Below, piece by piece: positions 46,135 through 59,000 of a DNA stretch of 64,000 nucleotides. This DNA is from Tubiluchus corallicola (lineage: Eukaryota; Animalia; Priapulida). The DNA lies in contig JAQGDQ010000874.1 of assembly GCA_030141605.1 (NCBI GenBank), positions 21,868 to 85,867 on the forward strand, read 5' to 3'. The translations under genes and the position numbers were made by a program. How positions within the stretch are numbered: position 1 is the first letter of the stretch; every line of letters begins with the position of its first letter. The notes beneath the pieces were generated by a model. It was not told the DNA's origin and did not search any database. It worked only from the letters and a program-made list of their open reading frames with translations.

Positions 46135-47113
46135 TTTTTTTATATAAGATTCGAGGCTACAGCTTAGACGAGGGCACCATTTGCTGCGATCTATACATCA
46201 AACGAAAGATCTCAATCTAGTGGTGTCTCATTGGGGGTTTATTTTTCGAATCGGGCCCACCGGGACGAACAGGGGGCGAAAAACCTCCGAAAATTGGCCA
46301 TTTTTCGGCCGTTTTTTGCAAAAGTTATACGCCTGAGATCTAAAGAACTGGAGCGGGCCGAGGGTGGTGCTGGCTATGGATAGATAGCCCGTTCAGCGGT
46401 GGGTGTAGTAGTTCTACAATAAAGAAATAAAAACCGCAATATTTCCGTACACCACGCGGTACAAAACACCAGGCACAAGGAAAACAAAAATGAAAGAAAA
46501 TATAAAACATGAAAAAATGGATTTTTCTAATTTCATTCATTGCCAAACTTCTAGATTCAGATTCAGACTCATTTTATTTTCCCTTTTGTACATATCACAC
46601 TTATATTATTACTAAATTAAAAAATACAATTCAAGGGAAGGTTGGCGAAAACTAAACAGTTATTTAAATCAGCCACCCTTATGATTAGTAAAATTTGTTG
46701 GGTTAGCAAATGAGTATATAAGTTTACATTTATATATGTAGTGAATCTAAAGAAAATTATCAAATCAAAAACATGCATAAATGTAAAACAAAACTAAAGT
46801 AAAGAGAAACTATAAATTCTGCAAAGCAAAATAAAACAAGCAATATATAATTCTAGCACAGATCCATGAAACTTGCAGTATGCGACCAATAATGGATGCT
46901 ACGGTATTTTATACCACTGGTATTTTCTACCACTGATAGTAATTAAAAAATTTATAATTTGGTAAATTATAAGACCGAAAGTAAATAGGCCTACATAAAA
47001 CATGTAAGAATTTGTAAAAACATAAAATGTAGTTGGGCGAATAAGCCCTCCTTTAGCTTCGTTAAACGTGACCGATAAATATAGATGATTATGAGACTTA
47101 CACTCTGAGACAT
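19552..47113 (-). CDS. MASTL: Serine/threonine kinase Greatwall (MASTL), 14 coding exons, about 932 aa
   Basis: Phase-consistent exons: 47102-47113 (MSQS, least certain), 45906-45961 (KPISRGAFG), 43365-43465 (FAVKIMKK), 41262-41353 (AERDALA), 40468-40607 (VMEY..GIIHR), 37947-38035 (DLKPDN..DFG), 37644-37750 (RTPGQVLSL), 34685-36254 (large insert), 32891-32952, 26234-26429 ([18 protein letters not shown]), 23786-23899 (VDWWALG), 23002-23103, 20452-20562 (PQP..DTGYF), 19552-19598 ([15 protein letters not shown]). They sum to 2799 nt. The kinase is split by a long insert between DFG and APE, which is diagnostic of Greatwall. Confidence 0.92.
19798..20183. mobile_element. TIR MITE (aagccttttcacag...ctgtgaaaaggctt); copies at about 3934-4230, 23203-23708, 45437-45748, 55680-55978
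   Basis: Inverted termini and a shared internal sequence (tcacgatcatcatcaatcgctggaactg). Confidence 0.65.
20581..21047. mobile_element. piggyBac-type MITE (TTAA-CCCTTTC...GAAAGGG-TTAA)
   Basis: TTAA TSD and CCC/GGG termini. A highly similar copy lies at 42272-42739. Confidence 0.85.
21848..22395. repeat. ~73-bp minisatellite (about 7.5 copies), same family as 18490-18848
   Basis: Shared unit ...ctgagtgacttgttctttcctttagcacaccacaaacagtttaagtgat... Confidence 0.9.
23895..24970. repeat. 22-bp tandem array (about 49 copies) of the MASTL splice-acceptor junction
   Basis: Unit cacacctgtaattaaaggaaga, which on the sense strand reads tcttcctttaattacag|gtgtg. Confidence 0.95.
27848..30870. repeat. 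84-bp tandem array (about 36 copies), intronic
   Basis: Unit gaggggtcctagactacagcctaaactggcccatagagtaatccagtcttctgcatatgtagtcgagtaaaggaagtgtttatt. Confidence 0.95.
31095..31440. mobile_element. Tc1/pogo (Tigger-like) MITE
   Basis: TA|cagtcgaccctcgttaaac ... gtttaacgagggttgactg|TA. Confidence 0.8.
31611..32817. repeat. 60-bp tandem array (about 20 copies), intronic
   Basis: Unit gtgagtcagctgatgtagtagcaactgactcagcttcagccgagctagctgatttactgt. Confidence 0.95.
33870..34630. mobile_element. Tigger-like MITE relic with an internal ~127-bp tandem duplication
   Basis: Starts TA|cagtctagcctcgttatctcgcc. The block ctcgtctctcgccatagaaagtaccaggacgg... is duplicated at about 33895 and 34035. Confidence 0.5.
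34685..36254 (-). CDS. MASTL: MASTL large exon encoding the non-conserved middle region
   Basis: Matches ORF 34638-36239 in frame. Acceptor ttacag at 36255, donor ag|gtac at 34684. Ser/Asp-rich with many SP/TP sites. Confidence 0.85.
36810..37292. repeat. (AAT)n/(GAT)n microsatellite tract
   Basis: Seen directly. It produces the spurious poly-M/I/H/S ORFs. Confidence 0.95.
38834..39240 (+). mobile_element. hAT-type MITE with 8-bp TSD, nested in a Tigger-like element
   Basis: TAGGGGTGAGCAT...ATGCTCACCCCTA, with TSD ttaacgac at 38826-33 and 39241-48. Confidence 0.85.
41416..41712 (+). mobile_element. tRNA-derived SINE (central domain resembles Meta/MESC SINEs)
   Basis: Pol III box A tagtctagtggta and box B gttcgaacc. 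These are followed by ccgggtcatacaaaagactttaaaaatggtacc, then AATAAA and a (TAT)n tail. Confidence 0.75.
42272..42739. mobile_element. piggyBac-type MITE, second copy
   Basis: TTAA-CCCTTTC...GAAAGGG-TTAA, inserted at the TTAA end of another piggyBac-like element. Confidence 0.85.
43500..44042 (-). mobile_element. Dispersed DNA-element family (CAGGGATGAGAATTTTCC end); copies at about 40820-41168 and 63103-63588
   Basis: Near-identical ~350-bp blocks at three sites. Confidence 0.7.
44635..45292. mobile_element. Tc1/pogo-type MITE
   Basis: TA|ccgtatatactcgcatataagcc ... ggcttatatgcgagtatatacgg|TA. Confidence 0.85.
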
Positions 47114-47968
47114 GGCATCTAATTACAGAACTGAATTACTGGACAGCATAATACCAATATAATGTCAATAAGCTGAAGGAAAATTTGCAAATCATTTAAT
47201 GCCTAGTATAATAAAAATACACGATAATTATTAATTTACTAATGTTTCAAAATTCGTCTCCGAAAAATCAGCTGAGCGATGAAGCGCAAAACCTCGAATG
47301 TTGAAGTACGCGCACGATAAACTGCCTTTTCACAAAGCCCAATTCAATATTGATGGAATCGGTATGTGCACAATTAAAAATAAGAGTAATAATTCTTAGC
47401 CACTAAAGTAATATAAAAGAGGCACAAATAAAAACATTTATAAAAATGCTAGTTATCTTCATTTTTATGTTATGATAAAAATAACAAATTGTTATTAATA
47501 AAAAATTATGATCATTTATGTCGAAACAATGACTCTAATCGTTGGCAAATAATCCCTTTTCACTGCACATCCTAGGACAACTTTCCAGATTTACTTACTC
47601 TACTCATTATTCAAACAGTTGCTGAACAATATCTTACTTTACTAAAACTTTAGTTTAACTACATTTGCAAAACAATTAATGCACGAAGTTATACCAACTC
47701 AGCTACGGTATTTTTTATTATTATTTTGCTTTTTTGTTTCAGTTTCGAATTCATTCGCAATATTTCTACTTAAATACTTTTTTTACTGATAATTGCGAAT
47801 AATAATGATGATAATAGTGATATCTATGATAAGGCAACATCAACGATGATATTGTCATTGTCTGTTCTTTTATTCATTTATTTATCCATTCATCCATAAA
47901 TTGTCAATTTCAGTTCAATTCTTTCTTAGTCTCACACACTATTGTTCGTTTTGCAAATTTTTACAACA

Positions 47969-48184
47969 NNNNNNNNNNNNNNNNNNNNNNNNNNNNNNNN
48001 NNNNNNNNNNNNNNNNNNNNNNNNNNNNNNNNNNNNNNNNNNNNNNNNNNNNNNNNNNNNNNNNNNNNNNNNNNNNNNNNNNNNNNNNNNNNNNNNNNNN
48101 NNNNNNNNNNNNNNNNNNNNNNNNNNNNNNNNNNNNNNNNNNNNNNNNNNNNNNNNNNNNNNNNNNNNNNNNNNNNNNNNNNNN
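47969..48184. other. Assembly gap (216 N)
   Basis: Run of n. Confidence 1.
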
Positions 48185-50433
48185 TTTTATTTTGAGATTA
48201 TTTGACTATTTGTTCAAACATTGGTTTGTCTGTTTGTTTGTCGATTTACTCGAGTGTACGACATTTCTTCTTGCATCTATTGGAACCTTTGTGTGAAGCA
48301 ATGTGAGATTCCTAAGCAGTCTAATCAATTGCCAGGCTCAGCAACACTGCACTTCAGCAACCAATCACACGCCGTGGTGTCTCACTATTGCGTATATGCA
48401 AAGATAAACATGATTCGCTAGATAATCGTTCTGGAGTTACAAATCTACTTTGTTGCCTTAACGAGTTGACTAAATTTTTTTATAATATAATCGGCATTAA
48501 TCAATAGACGTAGTTAAAATAAGCTACTTTTGCTTTCGCATCATCTAACTGTGCTTTAAAAATGATTTTTTACACTTCCTGTGAATTTTATTTTCTGGGA
48601 AATGACGGTTCTGAGAACAACCTTTTCTGGAAAATGAGTGTTCTGGGAAAAATCTTTTCTGGGAAGTATTTTTTCTGTGAAACAAGTTTACTCCTTTTTT
48701 CATGAACCCACTTTCACGGCCTTAAAGGAGTGTTTAATAGGATATCAAACATTTTATGTTTTCGTAAGGCAAAACGATTAAGACTAGGTGTTATCGAAAT
48801 AAGTTTTGCAAACATCTTAAAACATTGTTGTAATAATTATGTTAAAAATTTATTTCTAAACTTATTAGTCCTGGCTGTATTTAGTGACTGGAGTAAAGGA
48901 AAGCTGTGTTAAATAGTGATTTTGATTAAATTGGTGATTAAATTATTAAATTAATAATTCAAGATTAAATGCTTGACGATGCAAGATTAAACTATCGTCG
49001 TGGCTAGAAGCCTAGTTAGGTGTGGCATCACGTGATCAGCTGATGTTCGACCGGCTGACTCAGAAGTAAAGATTGATGATGTAATCCTTATGCGCAGAAG
49101 CTCACGGCGCATTAGGTAGTTAGACAAAAGTGTTTTGAGGCCCGCACCTCGGGAGAGATTAGGAACTGACTTGAAGACGGAGGGCTGGCATTACTATCCT
49201 CTTATATTTACCGTGTTGTGTTTGATGCTAAATAAATGTGCAGTTTATTAAATGAAGTCTTGATAGTTTGCCATGCCCATCGTGGCTACCCCACACGCCA
49301 CGCAATAAACAACAATAATCAGCAAGCAGTTTTAACCACAAGAATAAACAGACTTTAACGCATCCACTGCACCAATTATTTTACTACTAAGTCCCTTTTC
49401 CTTAATAACTTTTCAATGTACATAGAATATTAATAGCAAACTATATATAATATTAGCATTGTTGCATGTGGTTAAAACATAGTAACTACCATCATACTAG
49501 TTTTAAAAAAAATAATAGTCAAATATTTTTGCGAAATGAGAATGGAAGACAGGATGATTTTACATACACTACGTGAGTGTTGAGCTCAGCCGTGAGACCA
49601 GGACAGGTGGTTGGCCAGGTGTATCATTGGCTTGGTGTAATTAATGAAGATCTCAATTAGATTTAAGATTAGATTAGATTTAATAGATTTATTTCGCAAT
49701 AAACATATACATTACAGCTTATGGTAGGCCACTAGAATTAGTTACGAAAAAATTACAATATATAGAGATACAATATATACAAATATAAATACGGGTGGGA
49801 AGTAATAAAAATATTATTATACTAGAGGGGAAGTCTTTGAAAATGAAAAACAACAAATCGTGATTGAGTGATCAGTTATATGTTTCAAGTAAGTTTAATT
49901 TATAATTTTTTTAAAAATATGGACAGCGATTTTGCTTTTTAATAGCTGGAGCAATTGAATTTCATATGTAAGAGCCATTGTGTTTAATAAAAAATTCTAA
50001 CATTAGTGTTGCACTGTATGTAGTGATAGTTCAGTAGTAACAATTCTGCTGATACAATGTTTGCAGAACTATAAATGAGAGTGCACTAGGAATCATGGTT
50101 CTTGCTATTACAACAAGACTTAAGATTTGCGACGAAACGTCTTTTAGGGACCGAAGGGACTGCTAAAATGGTAGGTACCAAGTACCAGCTTTGCGAAGCG
50201 ACTGTTGGAGCCAATATTCTAGCCATAAGCTGGTGAAGTTTATTCGATGCGATATTATTGGTCTAGTTTATTTTCCGGTGGAAATAAATTCGAATTGAAT
50301 ATCAGTTTACTGCTCCACTACTATAATTAAGTAATATTTAAAAAAACTTGTCATGTCAAACAAATGGAGAAAATAAATGTTCTATGTCTATGTCTATGTC
50401 TATGTCAGTTTCTCGCTGCTGTTCGCCCGGTGG

Positions 50434-51222
50434 ATGGCAGCACGGACTTATCGCAAAATGGCACATGTAAATTGTGGTGGATTTGGTTGTATTATTGCAA
50501 GAAGTGCTAAGAAGTTGAGTTCTTCTCTGTCGTTTTCTCCATTGAAGTCAGAAGTGTTCAGTCAGTCTTCTTATTGTGTCGCTCGAGCTTTTGCCTTTAA
50601 ACTGCAGTCGAAGGGATTCCACACATCGTCAGCATGTCGAAAGGAAGGGTTGCCGGAGGGACCCCAAAGGTGGCGTAAATATAACGAGGTCGTATGGAGT
50701 CCTCAGAAAGAAGGAGAACCTCGCAGAAATGCTGAAGTATTTCACTTTCGAGAGAATATTAAATATAGTCCGAAAAAAATGTGGTACCTTGCTTGCTGGA
50801 TTCGAGGAATGTCTGTTGATGAAGCCGTTAAACAACTTTCTTTTCATCCAAAGAAAGGTGCTCACATAATTAAAGATATTTTACTTGAAGCACAAGAACT
50901 AGCAGTTAGAGATCACAATGTGGAATATAAATCGAACTTGTGGATAGCTGAATCGTTTGTAGGAAAAGGAATTGTTGTGAAAGGTCTTCGACGCCATGCT
51001 AGAGCCCGTTATGGTACTGTACACTATCGTTATTGTCATTATTTTGTTAAATTAGCCGAAGGTTCACCACCTGCATACTATTACAAGCCAGAACTCACGG
51101 GATGGGACTACATGGAAGATTACTTAAATGACTGGAGGAGTCGAACAATACATTTCGGCCAGCAAGCTGTACCGGGCATAGCTAAGCATCCAAGAATGAG
51201 ACCACGAGAAGAAGAGTATTAA
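50434..51222 (+). CDS. MRPL22: Mitochondrial large ribosomal subunit protein uL22m, intronless CDS
   Basis: ORF with IKYSPKKMWYLACWIRGMSVDEAVKQL, HNVEYKSNLWIAESFVGKG and RRHARARYG..YCHYFVKL. The N-terminal mitochondrial presequence ends near FHTSSAC. The start ATG is uncertain (50377, 50434 or 50458). Confidence 0.93.
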   Translation: MAARTYRKMAHVNCGGFGCIIARSAKKLSSSLSFSPLKSEVFSQSSYCVARAFAFKLQSKGFHTSSACRKEGLPEGPQRWRKYNEVVWSPQKEGEPRRNAEVFHFRENIKYSPKKMWYLACWIRGMSVDEAVKQLSFHPKKGAHIIKDILLEAQELAVRDHNVEYKSNLWIAESFVGKGIVVKGLRRHARARYGTVHYRYCHYFVKLAEGSPPAYYYKPELTGWDYMEDYLNDWRSRTIHFGQQAVPGIAKHPRMRPREEEY

Positions 51223-51857
51223 CAAATATTGCATAGTTTTGGATAGTTGTTCATGCAATAATTCTGTTGCGTTTTGTGTGGATTTACAGTATGCATAAAC
51301 AGTCGACACTAGTTGCAAAAATCGTCCAATTTATAACGGGCATTCTCACATTTCATATATGCTTTGTAATATGTGTTTGCAGTTGTCGAATTGTTAAGAC
51401 TTTTTAAATAAGTGAACACCTATGAGTTAAAATACAAATGAGTTAAAGTTATGCAATAAAAATGTAAAACTTCTAGTTTTTTGAGCTAGATTTTTGTGTA
51501 AAGTGCTCTTTAGTTACTTAACTATGATGAAACTTCAAAGTCAAATACGTAAACTTAGAAAATTAGAAAATGGATTTGGCGATATGTTTTCGATAATCGA
51601 TCCTGTATTTTAGTCTACAAAAGTCTTTTTAATTGATAAATAATAACTGATAATTACAGTAGCTCAATGAAAAGTATTTTTTGGTAAAGCGCAAAACATG
51701 TACAAACATAGAAAAACAGATTTGCAAATATAGAATATAAAATATATGAACACAAATTATCACTATTTTCAAACCCAAAATTATTTGAATTTAGTATAAC
51801 TGTTTCATAAAACAGCTTTATACACTTATGGACGCAAATAAATATATTTAGGTGCTT

Positions 51858-53280
51858 AGATAACAACTGTTTTATAAATATAAATACTGCTTCGGCAACA
51901 TTTTGGTTGAATAACAACTGTTTTATAAATATAAATACTGCTTCGGCAACATTTTGGTTGGATAACAACTGTTTTATAAATATAAATACTGCTTCGGCAA
52001 CATTTTGGTTGGATAACAACTGTTTTATAAATATAAATACTGCTTCGGCAACATTTTGGTTGGATAACAACTGTTTTATAAATATAAATACTGCTTCGGC
52101 AACATTTTGGTTGGATAACAACTGTTTTATAAATATAAACACTGCTTCGGCAACATTTTGGTTGGATAACAACTGTTTTATAAATATAAACACTGCTTCG
52201 GCAACATTTTGGTTGGATAACAACTGTTTTATAAATATAAATACTGCTTCGGCAACATTTTGGTTGGATAACAACTGTTTTATAAATATAAATACTGCTT
52301 CGGCAACATTTTGGTTGGATAACAACTGTTTTATAAATATAAATACTGCTTCGGCAACATTTTGGTTGATAACAACTGTTTTATAAATATAAATACTGCT
52401 TCGGCAACATTTTGGTTGGATAACAACTGTTTTATAAATATAAATACTGCTTCGGCAACATTTTGGTTGGATAACAACTGTTTTATAAATATAAATACTG
52501 CTTCGGCAACATTTTGGTTGGATAACAACTGTTTTATAAATATAAATACTGCTTCGGCAACATTTTGGTTGGATAACAACTGTTTTATAAATATAAATAC
52601 TGCTTCGGCAACATTTTGGTTGGATAACAACTGTTTTATAAATATAAACCTGCTTCGGCAACATTTTGGTTGGATAACAACTGTTTTATAAATATAAATA
52701 CTGCTTCGGCAACATTTTGGTTGGATAACAACTGTTTTATAAATATAAATACTGCTTCGGCAACATTTTGGTTGGATAACAACTGTTTTATAAATATAAA
52801 TACTGCTTCGGCAACATTTTGGTTGGATAACAACTGTTTTATAAATATAAATACTGCTTCGGCAACATTTTGGTTGGATAACAACTGTTTTATAAATATA
52901 AATACTGCTTCGGCAACATTTTGGTTGGATAACAACTGTTTTATAAATATAAATACTGCTTCGGCAACATTTTGGTTGGATAACAACTGTTTTATAAATA
53001 TAAATACTGCTTCGGCAACATTTTGGTTGGATAACAACTGTTTTATAAATATAAATACTGCTTCGGCAACATTTTGGTTGGATAACAACTGTTTTATAAA
53101 TATAAATACTGCTTCGGCAACATTTTGGTTGGATAACAACTGTTTTATAAATATAAATACTGCTTCGGCAACATTTTGGTTGGATAACAACTGTTTTATA
53201 AATATAAATACTGCTTCGGCAACATTTTGGTTGGATAACAACTGTTTTATAAATATAAAGACTGCTTCGGCAACATTTTG
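51858..53280. repeat. 51-bp tandem array (about 28 near-identical copies)
   Basis: Unit gataacaactgttttataaatataaatactgcttcggcaacattttggttg. Confidence 0.95.
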
Positions 53281-56066
53281 TCAATTTTAACGGTGACAAT
53301 TTGACTCAACACAGGAGTATTTCACAAAACTATGGTTGCTATATGTTAGCATTGAACATTAAATAACACAATCCGACAATAGGATAAACTTTGACTTAAG
53401 CAGAACAAAATCAGACCAACTGATTTGTATTTTTATTTATAAATTCACTCATAAATTATTACCACCCTTATTTAATGATTATTTTTGTTTGAATGCTGAA
53501 ATACTTAATTATAATACAGGATATAGACTTAGATATCACTACATACAGTGTAAAACAAATGTTAGAAAATTTTCTATTAAATATAATGGCCCTTACATGA
53601 GGAATTCATTTGAAACATATAACTGATCACTCAATTAAGATTTTTGTTTTTCAAGAAATTGCCTTCTAGGATAACAATATAGTTAATAGTTCCCATCTGC
53701 ATATATATATGTACATACCTGCAGTGTAGTGAGTGCACACCTCCATATAGTCTAATCAAGTGTTCCCTTCTCCACAAATGCTTAGTGAATGTGTTAAAAC
53801 GTTAAATTTTAACCTTTTCTGTGTACGGTATTACAGTATTACATTACATTGTACTTACATTGTACATTACATTACATTAATCTACATTACATTGCTTACA
53901 TTACATTGTACAGTACATCAGTTTACATCGTAATTATGAAATACTAACGCCCACTGTAACTCATTCTAACGGACAGTTATATCGTCAATTTTTTCTCACT
54001 ATTAATTCTAGTGGCCTAATATAAGCTTGCTTCCCAGGGGTCTAGTGCAGAATTTAAGAATTGTGTTAACTAAGTTTTGATTTTATGTTTGCACTTGTGA
54101 TGCATAAGTATTTGTTTATTATGCTGAATAAATTGTTTCAATTGAATTGAAAAATGTTAGTTTTAGAAAATAAAAGATATTATTTGTTGGTCCTGATGTA
54201 ACCAATTAATAATTAAAGCCTAATAAAATGAAATTATTTTGAATTTTTTACCATGTTACCACCAGAGATGGTCAACAATGTGCAGAGGTTCTACATAGTA
54301 TCTTGTTTTCCTAGTCGCAAGCAGAAATAATGATTTTTTTCCACAACAGCAATAAAAAACGCTAGGATGCGTTCTGCCTTTAAGTGTATGGCACACTTTA
54401 TTTTCATTCTGTGTGTAGTGAGCCACTATAACTGTCGCCATCTTGTTCCTGACATTGCAAAAATTTTAACTTCTGAAGAAAAGTGGTGGAGAAGTACAGT
54501 TAGTTCATAAAATCTCATTTTTGTGAGTTTTTTATTTTATAGCTTTCTCACTGTTTCGCTTGCACTCAGGGTGTAACAGTTCGTAGTCCATGAGGCAGTC
54601 CTTTATTTTCGGGTAGCAATTAATCTTTTTTTCAAAACTATTACGATAAAATGATTATAGATGAGTATTTTGCGTGTTAGAGAAGAAGGAATGAATAACA
54701 AAGTCATTTAATAATAAGCAATATTGTAAATATGCTGTACTGCGCTCGTTGAAAGCGGCGGTATATTCGCAATGCTGCTGAAAAACTTTCACAAAGAGCT
54801 CCCATGTTGGGTCACGATTTTTTGAGAAAAGTTCTGAGATGAAATTAATAAGTCATAATTACCCTGCTTTAGAAATATTACTGCAGTATTAACGTTATAT
54901 TTAGTATTTACAGTCAGTCAACGAGCGTATTTTAAAAACACATGAATAAGCTGGAGCCATAAAACATAATGTGTGGGATTTTTTGTAAGTGTGGTTGGCC
55001 GTCCTACACTCGCATTATTTAGGCTACTGTTAATTTAGTCATTCGTTACGTCCGCCTCGTTCATTAAAATAATAAGTACTGATGTAAATGTTGTTTGTAA
55101 TCTTAATATGAAAAAGTAAATATAATAATGTGGCAAGACGAGACCCGGGCTTTCTACGTTTCACACTCATTTCTATTTGAAATGGTTGACAGCTCTGCCG
55201 TTAGCTATTCCAGTAATGTGATTCATGTAGGAATTCTACTTGAGATTACTGGAAATCATTGCTTCTAAGTTCTTGATGTGACTCTTTTAAACTATTTGAA
55301 CACTACTAAAAGTAAGGGGTTGTTGGTTAGGGCATATTCTGAGCAAACACATTTATTACATTTAAGGCTCATCAACCATTTGTTGCACCAGTCTAAGATT
55401 TCATTCATGTCGTTTTATAATTAGGCAAAAAGGCTTTAAATTATCAAGAAAAGGAGGAACCTATGCAATAGCTACTTGTCTAATATTTCTTGTTTATTTC
55501 TACCTCAGAATGGATTATTTTTTATCCATTCTTTCTATCCTTCCTGTTTTGTATTTTCATTCTTTGTTTTTCCATTTGCTGTCTCCCTTTTTTCTTGCAT
55601 TGTGACTGCAGTTTCAATATTTGTGAGTAAAACTGTGCTGCAGTTTAACGGACTTGAGAACAATTGAATTGCAGTAAATCTCTTCACAGTTCCAGCGATT
55701 GATGATGATTGTGAAAAGGTCAAAGACAAAGTGTACCAGACAACGCACCTTGACAACACCTCGTAGCCCATGCGATTGTAATAGTAACAGTTTTAACAGC
55801 TAACTAGAATGTTATGTAATTCATTTTTTATTGTTCCTAGCAAGATCCGGCTAGTAAATCACTGTACACACAGACTAATGCATAATTAAGTAAAATCCAT
55901 GTAAAACAATTGAAGTTACTGAACTGATACAGCAGACAGCTTTGCTTTACACACGTCAAAAAACTGTGAAAAGGCTTACTGCAATTTCTGCCTGTTTATA
56001 AAAATTCATAAGGAATTTGCACTCACTTTACAGGGATCTGTATGATGGTCTAACCCTCAAACCGAC

Positions 56067-59000
56067 ATGTCCGACGATGAACAGGTGACAGAGGATGGTG
56101 ACGGTAGCCAGGGGGCAAAAAAGCGAAAACTTTCAAATCCCGACAACGAAGGTACAAACAGCACGTCTGATTCTGCACCGGTCGTGGAGACCAGGGTTCC
56201 GGAACCGGTAACGTATTAGAATTTTATTTGTTTGCACAATTTGGCATGACACATAACATTGTTAATTCTTAGACTTGCACACGTAGAGTTGAGATGGTTA
56301 GGCTTTTTAACTAACCGTTTAACCCAGGGGTGTGCAAATTATCTGACTAGCCGGGCCACATTAAACTTTCCCGCAATTCCTGCGGGCCACAGGCACTTTG
56401 ATCAAGGAGTCAAGTACAGAAAGGCCTAATAACGATTTTTTGCATCCGACCTGCATACATCATTACTACTACACTCAAGAAACTATTTTAGAAGTTATTA
56501 AAATTGATATTACAAACCATATATTTCTACTTTCAGGACAGATAGTGGTAATTTCATTACAATGCATATTAGTAATCACACAGTCTGTGTAGAACAGTGA
56601 CATTAAGCTACAACCGTCTTGTAAGGGTTAATGGCATCCAATCTAGTAGAAAAAGCTACCCGCACTATCTTTGGGATCGTGGCACGGACTTCAGCTGGAT
56701 ACACTCAATTAATCGCCCGGGCCGCACTTTCATTAGGTTGACAAATCTCTTCGCGGCCGCACAAATTCTCTCGGCGGGCCACAAGTGGCCCGCGTTCCAC
56801 AATTTGCACACCCCTGGTTTAACCGCTACTAATTGCGGTTTGGTTAACCATTTAATCATTCCTAATGATGTCATACATATAAGAAAATAGTCTTAATAGT
56901 CTTTCTATCTTTTATATCATCTCATATATGAGCTTCATTCATTACATCATTCCATTTTGAAGCACTAAATGTTTTCTTTATCATACAATTCACTTCAAAT
57001 ATCTCTTATATTAATATTCTTGGTATCTTAATATATATATATATATAAGATTCGAGGCTACAGCCCGGACGAGGGCACCATTTGCGGCGATCTATATATC
57101 AAACGAAAGGTCTCGATCTAGTGTCGTGCCATTGATGGTTTATTTTTCGAATCGGGCCCACCGGGAGGAACGGGGGGCGAAAAACCTCCAAAAATGGCCA
57201 TTTTTCGGCCGTTTTTTGCAAAAGTTATACGGCTGAGATGTAGAGAACGGGAACGGGCCGAGGGGGGTGCTGGGTATGGATAGATAGCCCGTTCAGCGGT
57301 GGGTGTAGTAGGCATATTTAGAATTCCCGAGAGGACCACGGTGCCCCGCAACGGGCGTTTTCCCGGACACAACTCGCGATTTTTTTCGAAATTTTGACCA
57401 AACAGCCTGCGGAAAAAACGTTTTAGCGGCGCCCGGTGGGACTCTCGGAAGGAGATATATAGCTCTTTACAAAGAGGAAGGACAGGGCTACACGATGATG
57501 TGGGTTATATTTTAGGGCAGGTCCACCGAGAGGAGTACCGACGAGTTAATTAGCTGTTCTATTTTCGGCGATTTTCGCTTAGAAAACTGTTGTGACGAAT
57601 TCCATTGTGCTGACGTCATCCATTATTGCTTATAGCTTTAATTCAGCAAAAAGCTGCTTTGCGTTAGTTAAACATACAGTAGGCACGAGTACAGGTTTTG
57701 CGTTAGGTAAGTAGGCAGGATGTTACGGGCTTTGCGTTATACATGAGGACTAGGTAGGATGTTCGCGTATTATTAATTACACGTGTATTTATACGCAAAA
57801 TCTTTTGCGGGGCCTTTGCTAGTTCAGATTATTTTCATTGCTTTTTGTTTCTTTCACAATGTGGGACAATCTATCAAGCCCTGCTTTTTGATTGCCCGCA
57901 ACACATTTACATTTTTATATAGGTGAACAGTGTTTGAGGCTTTTCCTGTGCAGTATTTCTTATTTGTATCATGTTCATTGTAAGCCCTTTCACTAGATAT
58001 TGTAAATGTGTAATGTGAAATAAATGACTTATGACTAAAAGTCATTTCGCAAGTTTAACCCTTGCCCTGCAACATTTATAATGTAAAATTATACAGAAAT
58101 TTGGAAGTTTACAAAAGCCTTAAATTCAGTGAACTGTTATGCAGTTTCACTTTCACTGTAAAAGCTCACGTTATAAAATGCTCCTGTTCCCCTTTACGCT
58201 CGCCCGCCCGCCATTAATTAAGTTTTTAATCTATTATTTAATTATCAGAAACGCTTTTGTAGTATCAATTGTGTTAAAATGTACAGTTTCCATCGGACTT
58301 GAAAATGGGGTAGTTGTTGTGGAGATCGCTGGCATCTATTAGAATTAAATAGAACATTGTAGTATGTTCCGTTAGAATAATCGTCTTACCGTGTAGAATG
58401 TTCTGGAAAGAAACTTTTAGAAGCTTCTCGGGCACGCTATATAAGGCGAAGCAGGCCGCTGAGACAGACACACAGATTCGCAGGGACGTCACTTACATAT
58501 TCTCTTGTATACTTGCATTTTCAGATACACTCAAACGTTTTGCAGATTTTCACGTTTACTGTAATCATTTTACGTTCCTTCATACTTTTGTGTTGTAGAA
58601 TTCTCGCTTAATAATAAACTAGTTTAATTTGATGAAGTGTTTTCTGGTTTTCTCTACGAGCCTTCCGAGAGAAACAAAACACAACAGTTGTATATGAAAA
58701 ATCATCCTGTCTTCCTTTCATTTTTTTACCAAGAATATTTTTCTTTAGCCTACCGTATCCTGGGAAGAACAGAGTTTGTTTAATCTGAACAAAGACGAGT
58801 TGATAACTTTAGTCATCCTTCGCGGTAAAGAGATAAAACGACTAAAGGAGGAGAGCGAACTTCTCCGAGAGCTTAACTTCCAACTTCAGAAAGGTACGTG
58901 CTTCTCAAAGTGATTTGTGACAATTGAGCAGCTAAGTATTGATCATTGATTATTGATCAGCTGAGTAGCGATGATAATTGATCATCGCGATTATTGTAGA

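Noticed and set aside
47901-48296. ORFs spanning the N run
   Set aside because: Artefacts of the assembly gap.
51654-53299. Long ORFs on both strands
   Set aside because: By-products of a 51-bp stop-poor tandem repeat, interrupted by single-base indels.
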